NCBI GenBank assembly: GCA_963705505.1 | Contig: CAVPJU010000006.1 | Location: 640,001 to 704,000 of the forward strand | Length of the DNA stretch: 64,000 bases | Direction: 5' to 3' | DNA from: an uncultured bacterium | GTDB taxonomy: Bacteria; Desulfobacterota_D; UBA1144; Nemesobacterales; UBA2774 | Shown here: one piece after another, positions 47,290 through 56,351 of the stretch | How the letters are laid out: every line of letters begins with the position of its first letter | How positions within the stretch are numbered: position 1 is the stretch's first letter | Notes under the pieces: generated by a model | What the model saw: the letters and a program-made list of their open reading frames with translations, nothing else | What the model was told of the DNA's origin: nothing | Database searches by the model: none | Position numbers and translations under genes: made by a program

Positions 47290-49095
47290 ATGGAATTAAT
47301 ATCAAAATTGGTCGGGAACAGGCTCCTTTCGGGCGTCCTTCTGTTTCTCTTCGCCTTTGCTCTTTATTCCCCTTCCCTCAAATACGATTTCGTCTGGGAC
47401 GATGTCGAAGTAATAGCTAAGAATAATTATTCGTATGCTGCTTCGACTATTATCTATTACATAATCCCTGGAGTCGAAAAAAACAAGCAGGAGCGTTATT
47501 ACCGCCCGGCAGTATATATATCGATGGTGATAGACAGGGGAATTTGGGGGATATCGCCATTCGGTTTTCACCTGAGTAATGTCATCTTCAACTCGATTTC
47601 AGTAGTACTTTTTTACATCATGATCCTCCTGATATTGAAGGAATTCAGCGCCAGAGTAAAGGAAGGAGCTGCTTTTCTTTCGGCGCTTCTCTTTGCCCTG
47701 CATCCAATGCATGTGGAATCCGTTTCCTGGGTCGCAGGTAGGACGGATGTGCTTTGTGCTCTTTTCCTGTTCCTCGCATTCATTTCCCATATCCTTTCAT
47801 ATAGAAGCGCATGGTTTTTACTGCTGACCGGCGTGAGTTTTACTATTTCCCTATTTTCAAAGGAGGTCGGGATTGTTTTTCCGATTCTTGTGCTGGTATT
47901 TGACCTCCTGAACCGCAGGCTTTTGAGTAGGGGCAACATACTGAAATATGCGGTTTATCTGGGGATATCGCTCGTCTATTTGTACCTCAGGGGAATGGCG
48001 TTCGTATATATACCGGAGGTGGCTCAGAATGTCGTAAATGAAGGTATGAGGCAAGCGGTAAACAGCGCTGAGCATGTGTCCAAGACCCCTTATTACCTGG
48101 GATTGATAAAAATCCTTTTAAGCTCATACCTCATATACCTGAATAAGCTCATCCTCCCCTTCAGCTTCAATGCTTTTATAACAGGCGTTCCCAGGGAATT
48201 CCCCTATTTAATTTCCTCCTTAGTCCTTATGACGGTGTTATCCGCGCTAGGTTTCTTATCGATAAAAAAGAAAGAAAATGTGACAGCCTTCGGTATATTC
48301 TGGATATTACTTACACTCGGCCCCTCGGCCCTCGTAGCCCTTTTCTCTATTTCATCCTCACCTCTCGCCGAGCGTTATTTATACATCCCTTCGGCGGGGT
48401 TCTGTCTTCTCATCGGCTATTGGGTCATAGAAGCTGGGAGCAGAATGCACTTAAAGAGCATAGCCTGGGGATTCGGCGTCCTCCTGATAATTTTGTATGC
48501 TTTTGCTGCATATCAGAGACAAGCCGTCTGGAAGGACGACCTCTCGCTCTGGCGGGACACGTCTCTCAAATCTCCGGACCATCCGCTGCCTCATTCGAAC
48601 TACGGCCTCGCTTTATCCAATATCGGTGAACAGGATGAAGCGGTAAAGGAATTTGAGATCGCGCTGTCACCGGAAATGAACGACAGTCCGAGGGGAAAAG
48701 CCGTAACCGCCAACAACATGGGACTCGTTTATATTGAGCGGGAGGATTATCCGAAAGCGGAGTTATGGTTCCGTAAAGCCCTTGAATATGATCCGGGGTA
48801 CGGGAAGACGTATTACCATATGGGGCTCATATACTTCATAAATGGCGAGCTTACCGGTTCAGCCGAAAGTTATACGGAGTCTGAAAGATATTTGAGAAAG
48901 GCTCTTGAGCGGTACAAATATTATGGAAAAGCCAATCTTTTGCTGGCGAAGGTCTATTTGAGAAGAGGGGAGAAGGATAAGGCGCTGGCAGAGGCCAGGG
49001 CGGCTATCGAGGTCGGAATCCCGGGTGATTTACTTAAAGAAGCCTACGATATCATTGAAATTGATCATCGCGGCAGTGATCAGAAACCACACTAA
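47290..49095 (+). CDS. TMTC-like membrane glycosyltransferase (GT-C fold) with C-terminal TPR repeats
   Basis: FVWDD, YYRP, FH..N, LFALHPMHVESVSW..GR, SKE, AERYLYIPS, W.DD..LW; TPRs follow. Confidence 0.88.
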   Translation: MELISKLVGNRLLSGVLLFLFAFALYSPSLKYDFVWDDVEVIAKNNYSYAASTIIYYIIPGVEKNKQERYYRPAVYISMVIDRGIWGISPFGFHLSNVIFNSISVVLFYIMILLILKEFSARVKEGAAFLSALLFALHPMHVESVSWVAGRTDVLCALFLFLAFISHILSYRSAWFLLLTGVSFTISLFSKEVGIVFPILVLVFDLLNRRLLSRGNILKYAVYLGISLVYLYLRGMAFVYIPEVAQNVVNEGMRQAVNSAEHVSKTPYYLGLIKILLSSYLIYLNKLILPFSFNAFITGVPREFPYLISSLVLMTVLSALGFLSIKKKENVTAFGIFWILLTLGPSALVALFSISSSPLAERYLYIPSAGFCLLIGYWVIEAGSRMHLKSIAWGFGVLLIILYAFAAYQRQAVWKDDLSLWRDTSLKSPDHPLPHSNYGLALSNIGEQDEAVKEFEIALSPEMNDSPRGKAVTANNMGLVYIEREDYPKAELWFRKALEYDPGYGKTYYHMGLIYFINGELTGSAESYTESERYLRKALERYKYYGKANLLLAKVYLRRGEKDKALAEARAAIEVGIPGDLLKEAYDIIEIDHRGSDQKPH

Positions 49096-49920
49096 CACAC
49101 ACAGGAAGAGCGGCCTGTCTTTCAGCAGGGATTCGGTTGGGTCCCCCCTCGTATCCGTTTGAACAAGGTACATGTATCTGAGGACGCCGTAGATTGCAAA
49201 CGGGACTGTGATCAGGAGTTTCCTCGATTCGATTTCTACGGTGTAGATTGCGTATGTTACTATTGCTGTCGTTGCGAAAATGCTTAGCGTCGTATCGAGG
49301 AATTTCGCATTGTACCTGGATAATACCTCCCTGAAAGAGTTTTCGGATTCGTTGTGCATGATAAGTTCGTGGCGCCTCTTTCCGAACGCAAGGAGCAGAG
49401 ATAAGAGGAATGTTGTAAGAAGGAGCCAGTTGGAGACTTCTATCGCCGATGCAATTCCCCCGGCTTCAATCCTGAGAACAAAGCCTATCGCGATACAGAA
49501 CACATCGATTATTTCTATTTTCTGGAGATAAAACGAATACGAGAGGCTTATTACCAGATATACCAGGGTTATGATGAGAAAATTAATGCCGATCTCGTAA
49601 GAAGCCGCTATCGATAAGCCGAGGGTGACTATAGCGAGTATGCTCGCGGCAGGGATGTTTATTCTCCCTGATGCCAGAGGTCTCAGCTTCTTTTTGGGAT
49701 GAAGGCGGTCGGCCTCGATATCGGAAATATCGTTTATGATATATGCGGTCGAGGAAGCGAGCGAGAAGGCTATGAATGCAAGGAACATCCTGAAGAACAT
49801 ATCGGAGCTCGTAAAAAGCACCCCGCCGAAAAACGGCGGTGCCAGGACCAAAAAGTTTTTTATCCAGTGCTCCGGTCTCAGTAAATAGATAACGTCTTTA
49901 AAAAGGGCGTGCATTTTCAT
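49030..49920 (-). CDS. UbiA-family decaprenyl-phosphate phosphoribosyltransferase-like protein
   Basis: RPEHWIKN, YIINDISDIEADRLHP.K..RPLASG, GFVLR..AG, FGKRRHE, DP.E.LLKD. Confidence 0.9.
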   Translation of the reverse strand: MKMHALFKDVIYLLRPEHWIKNFLVLAPPFFGGVLFTSSDMFFRMFLAFIAFSLASSTAYIINDISDIEADRLHPKKKLRPLASGRINIPAASILAIVTLGLSIAASYEIGINFLIITLVYLVISLSYSFYLQKIEIIDVFCIAIGFVLRIEAGGIASAIEVSNWLLLTTFLLSLLLAFGKRRHELIMHNESENSFREVLSRYNAKFLDTTLSIFATTAIVTYAIYTVEIESRKLLITVPFAIYGVLRYMYLVQTDTRGDPTESLLKDRPLFLCVLVWFLITAAMINFNDIVGFFK

Positions 49921-49979
49921 AGCATTCTACTATTTTTCAGAATATTAGCAAAGACTTATTAATTATATATATTACTTGG

Positions 49980-50663
49980 ATGGATCGGCCGGCAGAATCC
50001 TATTTTGTAAAGATCGCTCACAGAGGGGCGAGCGCTTATGAGCCCGAGAATACAATTCGTTCTTTTAGCAGGGCGATAGAGTTAAAGGCGGATATGATTG
50101 AGCTCGATGTGAGAAAGTCCCTCGACGGGCGGCTCGTTGTAATTCACGACAGTAAAGTCGACCGGACAACGAACGGCAAGGGGCTTGTGGGCCGGAAATC
50201 TCTATCCGAGCTCAAGGAGCTCGATGCCGGTATGGGGGAAAAGATACCGACGCTCGAAGAGGCTATCGAGTCTGCGGCGGGGAAGACGAAGTTTGTAATT
50301 GAGCTTAAGGAGAACGGACTCGAAGAGCAGGTAATCAAAGTCATAAGGGGTTACGGATTGAAAGAGGATGTATTCATAGTCTCGTTCCGTCCCTTGCGGC
50401 TAAAAGCCGTGAAGGAGCTGGAGCCCGGACTAAAAACCGGCCTCATTCTTTTTGCATCCGTGAACCCATTGAGAATCGCCGAAAGGTGCGGGGCGGATGC
50501 GGTTGCGCCATTCCGCTGGTTTATCACGAGAAGCCTCGCCGAGAGGGCCCGCCTTAGTGGGCTGTATTTGTTTACGTGGACCGTCGATGACAAGGAAAAC
50601 GCAGAGAGGTTAAGGGAGTTAGGGGTAAACGGGATTGTAACCAACAAGCCCGATTTGTTATAG
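49980..50663 (+). CDS. Glycerophosphodiester phosphodiesterase
   Basis: IAHRGAS..PENT, ELDV, IHD..VDRTT, IELK, WTVD, GIVTNKP. Confidence 0.93.
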   Translation: MDRPAESYFVKIAHRGASAYEPENTIRSFSRAIELKADMIELDVRKSLDGRLVVIHDSKVDRTTNGKGLVGRKSLSELKELDAGMGEKIPTLEEAIESAAGKTKFVIELKENGLEEQVIKVIRGYGLKEDVFIVSFRPLRLKAVKELEPGLKTGLILFASVNPLRIAERCGADAVAPFRWFITRSLAERARLSGLYLFTWTVDDKENAERLRELGVNGIVTNKPDLL

Positions 50664-50723
50664 CGAAAGCTTCATCAAACCGTGTATATTTGTGCCCGGT
50701 TACTTTAATTCGGGAATCTGAAT

Positions 50724-51401
50724 ATGGGAATTTTTAGCGACATCAGGTCAGATTTTCTGGCGGTATTTGAGCGAGACCCCGCGGCGAGGAACGGGATCGA
50801 GGTTATTTTTGCATATCCGGGTTTTCAGGCTGTGGTTTCTCACAGGATTTCTCATTACCTCTGGAAGAAAAACCTTAAATTCGTCTCCAGGGTTATGTCT
50901 CAGCTGTCGCGGTTCTTTACCGGAGTTGAGATCCATCCGGGTGCGGAGATAGGGAAGGGGTTTTTCATAGACCACGGTATGGGTGTCGTAATTGGAGAGA
51001 CTTCCGAGATAGGGGAAGATGTAACTATTTATCACGGCGTCACGCTCGGCGGTACGAGCTTTACAAGGGGGAAACGGCATCCGACAATAAGAAATAACGT
51101 CACAATAGGGGCGGGGGCTAAAATTTTAGGCCCCCTGACAATCGGAGAGTATAGCAAGATTGGCGCGAATTCCGTGGTTATAAAGGACGTCCCGCCGAAT
51201 TCGACGGTAGTGGGCATTCCGGGCATCGTAGTCTCGAGGGAGGTCTTCCCTGTTTATTCGGGACTCGAGCATAACAGGCTGCCCGATCCCGCTGAGCCGC
51301 TTCTGGAAAGGCTCAAGGAGCTTGAGGAGAGCATAGAGGCGTTAAAAGAAGAGCTTGAGGAAAGAAAAACCAAAGACAGCCAATATCGTAACGCTAAGTA
51401 A
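50724..51401 (+). CDS. cysE: Serine O-acetyltransferase
   Basis: [42 protein letters not shown]. Confidence 0.95.
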   Translation: MGIFSDIRSDFLAVFERDPAARNGIEVIFAYPGFQAVVSHRISHYLWKKNLKFVSRVMSQLSRFFTGVEIHPGAEIGKGFFIDHGMGVVIGETSEIGEDVTIYHGVTLGGTSFTRGKRHPTIRNNVTIGAGAKILGPLTIGEYSKIGANSVVIKDVPPNSTVVGIPGIVVSREVFPVYSGLEHNRLPDPAEPLLERLKELEESIEALKEELEERKTKDSQYRNAK

Positions 51402-51446
51402 TATTTATCCCTTCCGAAACAAATACATTGTCGGTTTTCAGGAGCC

Positions 51447-51858
51447 TTATTTTGCCAGGAGGGCGGCTGAAATTACGGCAAGAACGACACCCGCAACCTC
51501 TCTCGGCCCCAGTCTTTTCGCCCAGGAATATGAGCGCCAGAACCACGGTCAGAGCTGGATAGACCGCGGATAAGGGGACCATTACCGACAGCTTTGCGTA
51601 TTTCAGCGCAATGATGAAAAGCACGGTTCCAATCCCCCAGCTGAGGCCCATAAGGAGTCCCGGAAAGTTCACGGAAAAATTATTGAATATGGCGTTCCTG
51701 TTGTAGACAACAAATGTCGTGAACACCGTCAGAGTCCCCACTCCCTCGAAAAAATAAACACGGTACGGGATATCCTTGAACGAAGCGACCTTCCCCAAGA
51801 AGCTCCCGAGAGAAAAACATACCAAAGCCAGAAGAGTCATCAGATACCATCTTTCCAT
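51447..51858 (-). pseudogene. EamA/DMT-family small transporter with a +1 frameshift near the 3' end
   Basis: Removing one A from GAAAAGACTG (~51512-51521) gives the typical tail FLGERLGPREVAGVVLAVISAALLAK* (TAA at 51449-51447); may be an assembly error. Confidence 0.75.
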
Positions 51859-52014
51859 CTCTTTTCTCCCTTTATATTTTCATTCGAAAAATTAATGACC
51901 GCAGGAATCGGATTCAAATAACGACAAGGCGGAGCCAGCCGTCAATAACCGTATTAATCCATCCAAGCCTCCGGCTGTTTTTTTAAGTTTTATACAAGCC
52001 CGTCATTTCAAACA

Positions 52015-52068
52015 TTAACACAACCTTAATTTTTTCTAAATATCTCCTTAACGCTCCGGTGGTGTACT
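52015..52068 (+). promoter_or_regulatory. Pho-box-like direct-repeat array and putative -10
   Basis: TTAAC(52015), TTAAT(52026), CTAAA(52036), TTAAC(52048), 10 nt, TGTACT(52063). Confidence 0.5.
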
Positions 52069-52074
52069 GATAAT

Positions 52075-52165
52075 GCCACCTTTTATCCGGGCCAAAACCC
52101 TCCCTAACACCTTGGGTCCTTCTTGGCTACTGGGGGTGATTGAAAAATCGCCCCCAGTCTTTTTT
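52075..52165 (+). ncRNA. Candidate small RNA with CCCUCCC loop
   Basis: GGGCCAA..TTGGGTCC hairpin presenting AACCCTCCCTAACACC, then terminator; no ORF; 5' end inferred. Confidence 0.5.
52129..52165 (+). terminator. Intrinsic terminator
   Basis: ACTGGGGGTGATT-GAAA-AATCGCCCCCAGT followed by CTTTTTT. Confidence 0.85.
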
Positions 52166-52274
52166 ATAGTTATAGATGTCTTCATAATGTGTTAACCTTT
52201 TTATGTTACGATCCACTATTATGTATATACAAATTAGAAACCAATATTGATTCGTCTTTCAACGGGGGCACCAA

Positions 52275-53060
52275 ATGAGCGAAATGAAAGAGTATACACC
52301 GGGGACTTTCTGCTGGCCCGAGCTAATTGCGATAGATTCGGATAGGGCGAAGGAATTCTATACGAAATTATTCGGATGGAATATTGCCGATATGCCCATA
52401 GGGGACGGCAAAGTCTATTCCATGGCTTCAATCGAAGGGAAGGATGTCGGCGCATTGTACGAGATGTGGCCGGAACAGAAAGAACACGGCGTTCCGACTC
52501 ATTGGGCGAGCTACGTGTCCGTATCTGATGTGGACGAAGCCTTAAAAAAAGTGAAGGCATCGGGCGGTGAAATTATAGTCGAAGCCATGGACGTATTCGA
52601 TGCGGGCAGGATGGCCTTGATTGCCGATCCCACGGGAGCGGTCGTTTCACTGTGGCAGCCGGTGAAACACATAGGGGCCCGGCTCGTAAACGAACACGGC
52701 GCTCTATGCTGGAACGAGCTCCTTACGAACGATACGGCAAAAGCGAGCGCATTTTATACTGGGCTCTTCAGATGGACCGCGCACGAGCAGGATATGGGCG
52801 GAATGATTTATACGGTGTTCATGAACGGTGACAGACCTGCGGGCGGAATGATGAAGATAGATAAGAATTGGGGGGAGGTGCCTCCGAACTGGCTCGTTTA
52901 TTTCGCAGTGAATGACTGTGACGCTTCCGTCGGGCTGGCACAATCGATGGGGGGAGAAGCATTTAGCGCCCCGATGGACATACCGGGTGTGGGGCGCATG
53001 GCGGTTATGAAAGACTCCCAGGGCGCCGTGTTTGCCGTAATAAAACTTGAACAAATGTGA
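52275..53060 (+). CDS. VOC/glyoxalase family protein with two domains
   Basis: PGTFCWPEL..FYTKLFGW, GRMA.IADP.GA, repeated as WNEL..FYTGLFRW..GRMAVMKDSQGA. Confidence 0.92.
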   Translation: MSEMKEYTPGTFCWPELIAIDSDRAKEFYTKLFGWNIADMPIGDGKVYSMASIEGKDVGALYEMWPEQKEHGVPTHWASYVSVSDVDEALKKVKASGGEIIVEAMDVFDAGRMALIADPTGAVVSLWQPVKHIGARLVNEHGALCWNELLTNDTAKASAFYTGLFRWTAHEQDMGGMIYTVFMNGDRPAGGMMKIDKNWGEVPPNWLVYFAVNDCDASVGLAQSMGGEAFSAPMDIPGVGRMAVMKDSQGAVFAVIKLEQM

Positions 53061-53111
53061 TGGGCGTTGAATATGGATTCCGGATTTTTTGTTTTGTGAG
53101 GGGAGCAGTTT

Positions 53112-53870
53112 CTATAAAAGCTGCCTTCTCTTTATGAACGGGATATGTATCTGGTCTTCCTTATAGTTTCCGGTGAGGGCGTAGAGTATGAGGTTGATTC
53201 CGAGCCTGAATGCGAGCTCTCTTTGAGACTCTCCGCCGGGAATACACTCGAATTCCCATTTTCCGAATTCGTCTTCGGACCATGCTCCGCCCAGGTCGTT
53301 ACGTGAATAAAAGACAGCAGTCCTGTCCTCGTCGCTGAACGTAATTCCTTCCAGATAGGGACTGATGATTTTTCTCCCGCTCGCCGAGTACAGGAGATAA
53401 AAAGACTTGTAGACGACATGGTCCTGCGTCAGGCGCGAAAGAGGGACCTCAGGCAATATATACTTTAATTCCTCCCTGATCTGCGAATCGAACGAAGAGA
53501 CCTCCGTGCCCGATGCATCGTCTATTATGAGAGTGCCGCCCAGCTTGAGGTATTTCCTGAGCCTCCTCCTTTCTTCTTCCGTGAAGGGCTCGAAGCTTCC
53601 ATCGCCTGCCAGGTAAAGGAACGGGAAATTAAACAGGTCCGAGTCGTCCAGTCTCAGGACCTTCCTTTCATAGGAGGCTATGACGCTGGTCCTCATCTCA
53701 AGCGTGCTCATGAGCCTCTGATAATCTCTCGGCCGCGGATCCCATTGCCCGTTATATTCGAGCTGCGCAAAGTGGAATTTGGAACCTTCGTAGAGACTTA
53801 GAAGCGGAAAAGATACTGCTCCGATAGCTCCTGCAAGGACATTTCTAAGGAATTCCCTTCTCGTAAACAC
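53112..53870 (-). CDS. DUF4159 family protein with twin-arginine-like N-terminus
   Basis: TRREFL, FPFLYL, LRKYL..GGTLIIDD, NDLGGAW, AFRLGINL.LYALTGNYK.DQ.H. Confidence 0.85.
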   Translation of the reverse strand: MFTRREFLRNVLAGAIGAVSFPLLSLYEGSKFHFAQLEYNGQWDPRPRDYQRLMSTLEMRTSVIASYERKVLRLDDSDLFNFPFLYLAGDGSFEPFTEEERRRLRKYLKLGGTLIIDDASGTEVSSFDSQIREELKYILPEVPLSRLTQDHVVYKSFYLLYSASGRKIISPYLEGITFSDEDRTAVFYSRNDLGGAWSEDEFGKWEFECIPGGESQRELAFRLGINLILYALTGNYKEDQIHIPFIKRRQLL

Positions 53871-54025
53871 ACTGATTAATTATTGCTGGCATTCGATTGT
53901 GCTGTCAAGTGAATAAAAGCAGTGAGGCCGATTTGGACGAAAAAACGGACAAAGAAATCCGGATTAGCAATTTTGATGGGATCTTCTTAAAAAGAGAACG
54001 TACTTGCTATTCGAAAAACGTTTAT

Positions 54026-54244
54026 CTAAGAGGCCTGACCTGAATGCACCTTAACGACTTTCGTTGCCTGAGGTCCTTTTGGCCCTTCCGTAATATCGAA
54101 TTCTACGGTCTCGCCTTCGGTAAGGCTTTTATATCCGTCACCTTCGATAACGCTGTAGTGAACGAATACGTCCTTACCTATTTCATCCGACTGGATGAAT
54201 CCGTAACCTTTAGAACTGTTGAACCACTTTACTTTACCCTGCAT
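54026..54244 (-). CDS. Cold-shock protein
   Basis: GKVKWFN..KGYGFI, DVFVHYS, GPKGPQA. Confidence 0.96.
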   Translation of the reverse strand: MQGKVKWFNSSKGYGFIQSDEIGKDVFVHYSVIEGDGYKSLTEGETVEFDITEGPKGPQATKVVKVHSGQAS

Positions 54245-54368
54245 AAAACTCTATTCCTCCTAAAATCTGCTTCAAAGTGTTAATATCGCACGTTTTTTTT
54301 AATTTGTCAAATAGTATTTTTCGTAATTCGTAATTGATGGGGGGCATTCTTTGCGTTAGCTTTATGCT

Positions 54369-55544
54369 GTGATGAACAATTATAAATATCCAAGGAGGGT
54401 AGAACGCTTAGTGCGGGAGTACAGGAAGGAGTTCCCGATAGTTAAAAACGCAATTTATCTCGACCATGCCGGCGTAGCCCCGGTTTCTCTGCGTGTGAAA
54501 ACCGAGGTTAAAAAATTCCTCGACGAAGCCGCTGAAAAGGCCGTTATGAGCTATGAATACTGGATGGAAAGGGTTGACGGGGTGAGGGCTATGTCCGCTG
54601 AACTCGTCGGGGCGGAGAAAGAGGAAATAGCCTTTATAAAAAATACCTCTCACGGTATTTCGATCGTCGCGGGCGGGCTCGAGTGGAGGGAGGGGGATAA
54701 TGTGCTCGTCTTCGAGAGGGAATTCCCGTCCAACATATATCCCTGGCTCGAATTGGAGAGAAAGGGGGTCACAGTAAAGTACATACCGCTTAAAGACGAT
54801 CGTATATGGCTTGATGATATCGAGAGGCTGATGGATAGGCGGACGAGGCTTGTCTCAATCAGCTCGGTTCAGTCATTAAACGGTTTCATGATAGACCTTC
54901 AAAGACTGGGAAAGTTATGCGGCGGTAAGGGGGTGCTCCTTTTTGTCGATGCAATTCAGAGTCTCGGTGTAATTCCCATGGATGTAAAAGCGCTCGGAGT
55001 GGATTTTCTCGCGGCCGACGGTCATAAATGGCTCCTTGCGCCCGAGGGCACAGGCATATTCTACTGCAGAAGGGGTCTGGCTTCGGGATTGAGGCCGAAT
55101 TTGATCGGATGGAAAACAGTCAAGAGCGACGAGAATTTTGAAATTATAGATTTCACTCTCAAGGATAACGCGCTCAGGTTCGAGGAGGGTTCGTTCAACG
55201 TAATGGGAATCAGGGCTTTGGGCGCCTCCCTGGGTCTCCTGTTCGAAATCGGGATCGACCGGATCGGAGCCAGAGTACAAGACCTCGGCGACTTGATTAT
55301 GGATGAGGCGGAGAAGAGGGGGTTAAATATCAGGACCCCTCGTGACAGAAACGAAAGAGGTGGAATCGTCTCCTTTTCAGGGGATTTCGATCCTGTGCTT
55401 ATGAAAAAGAAATTAAGGGAATCGGGCATCGTAGTCAACAACAGGGGAGGAGCGTTGAGAGTCGCCCCGCACTTTTACAACACCGAAGAAGAGATTTTAA
55501 AACTATTCGGGGAAATCGATGAGGCCTTACCCGCATTTCGATAG
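54369..55544 (+). CDS. Class V PLP-dependent aminotransferase/C-S lyase
   Basis: YLDHAG, NTSHG, EFPSN, VDAIQSLG, DGHKWLLAPEG, RFEEG, LRVAPHFYN. Confidence 0.9.
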   Translation: MMNNYKYPRRVERLVREYRKEFPIVKNAIYLDHAGVAPVSLRVKTEVKKFLDEAAEKAVMSYEYWMERVDGVRAMSAELVGAEKEEIAFIKNTSHGISIVAGGLEWREGDNVLVFEREFPSNIYPWLELERKGVTVKYIPLKDDRIWLDDIERLMDRRTRLVSISSVQSLNGFMIDLQRLGKLCGGKGVLLFVDAIQSLGVIPMDVKALGVDFLAADGHKWLLAPEGTGIFYCRRGLASGLRPNLIGWKTVKSDENFEIIDFTLKDNALRFEEGSFNVMGIRALGASLGLLFEIGIDRIGARVQDLGDLIMDEAEKRGLNIRTPRDRNERGGIVSFSGDFDPVLMKKKLRESGIVVNNRGGALRVAPHFYNTEEEILKLFGEIDEALPAFR

Positions 55545-55681
55545 GTTTTCCGGATTCCTTAATTTTGAGATTCCCGATATCCGGTATAGAGGTTTTGACA
55601 GCCTGAATTTTTGAAAAGATATAGTTTCAGTATCCTGGTCGTCAAAATCGGCCGAGGACGGTTAATCGGCATAAACTCTTT

Positions 55682-56137
55682 TCAACTGAAAAACCTGATT
55701 CCCGTGAGTCCGACTACGGCTCCGACGAGGACTCCATAAATGACGTGGCCGAGCAAATGTGCTACGGCGACCTCGAGGCCCGCGCTCCTGAACTGTTCGA
55801 GAGGGTGGTGTTCGGCTACGGCGACCACGAGTGTAAATCCGAACGCGATCCCATGTGCAAACCCGATCATTCCTCCGAGCGCAATTGCGCCTGCAAGAGA
55901 GGTCGGGGCAAAAAGACTTATCAGCGCGACATAAACGAACGCAATAATTATCCCGACGATAAAATGAACTGTGAGACCGAGTCCGAAAGAGTCTTCATAG
56001 GACTTTGTGAACAGGCTCCCTATCGCCCTTATCATCGCCGCGTTCGCGATCCCGGTGCGTGTTAACCCCCACAATACCGTGCTCATGCCCGCAGTGCCGA
56101 TGACCCCCGCAAGAACGGTTATTATAATTGCATTCAT
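55682..56137 (-). CDS. Four-helix membrane protein with intramembrane His residues, function unknown
   Basis: SD GGAGG before MNAII; GTAGMS, G..VH, H..GH..YG pattern. Confidence 0.75.
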   Translation of the reverse strand: MNAIIITVLAGVIGTAGMSTVLWGLTRTGIANAAMIRAIGSLFTKSYEDSFGLGLTVHFIVGIIIAFVYVALISLFAPTSLAGAIALGGMIGFAHGIAFGFTLVVAVAEHHPLEQFRSAGLEVAVAHLLGHVIYGVLVGAVVGLTGIRFFS

Positions 56138-56351
56138 GGTACACCTCCGCCGCAATTGAGTTCGGACAAAGGTTCGAAAACGATTTCGGAGAACCGTCGG
56201 CCGCTCGTGTGATCCCCCCATCTATTAACATGATAGCCAGCGCTCGGGGACACTTTCAATTATTTTTTTCGGCGGAGGAATCGACAATTGACATAAAAAA
56301 GGATTGCGATGATAATTATTTAATCATCGTGATAGCTTAGACAGGAGGCTC

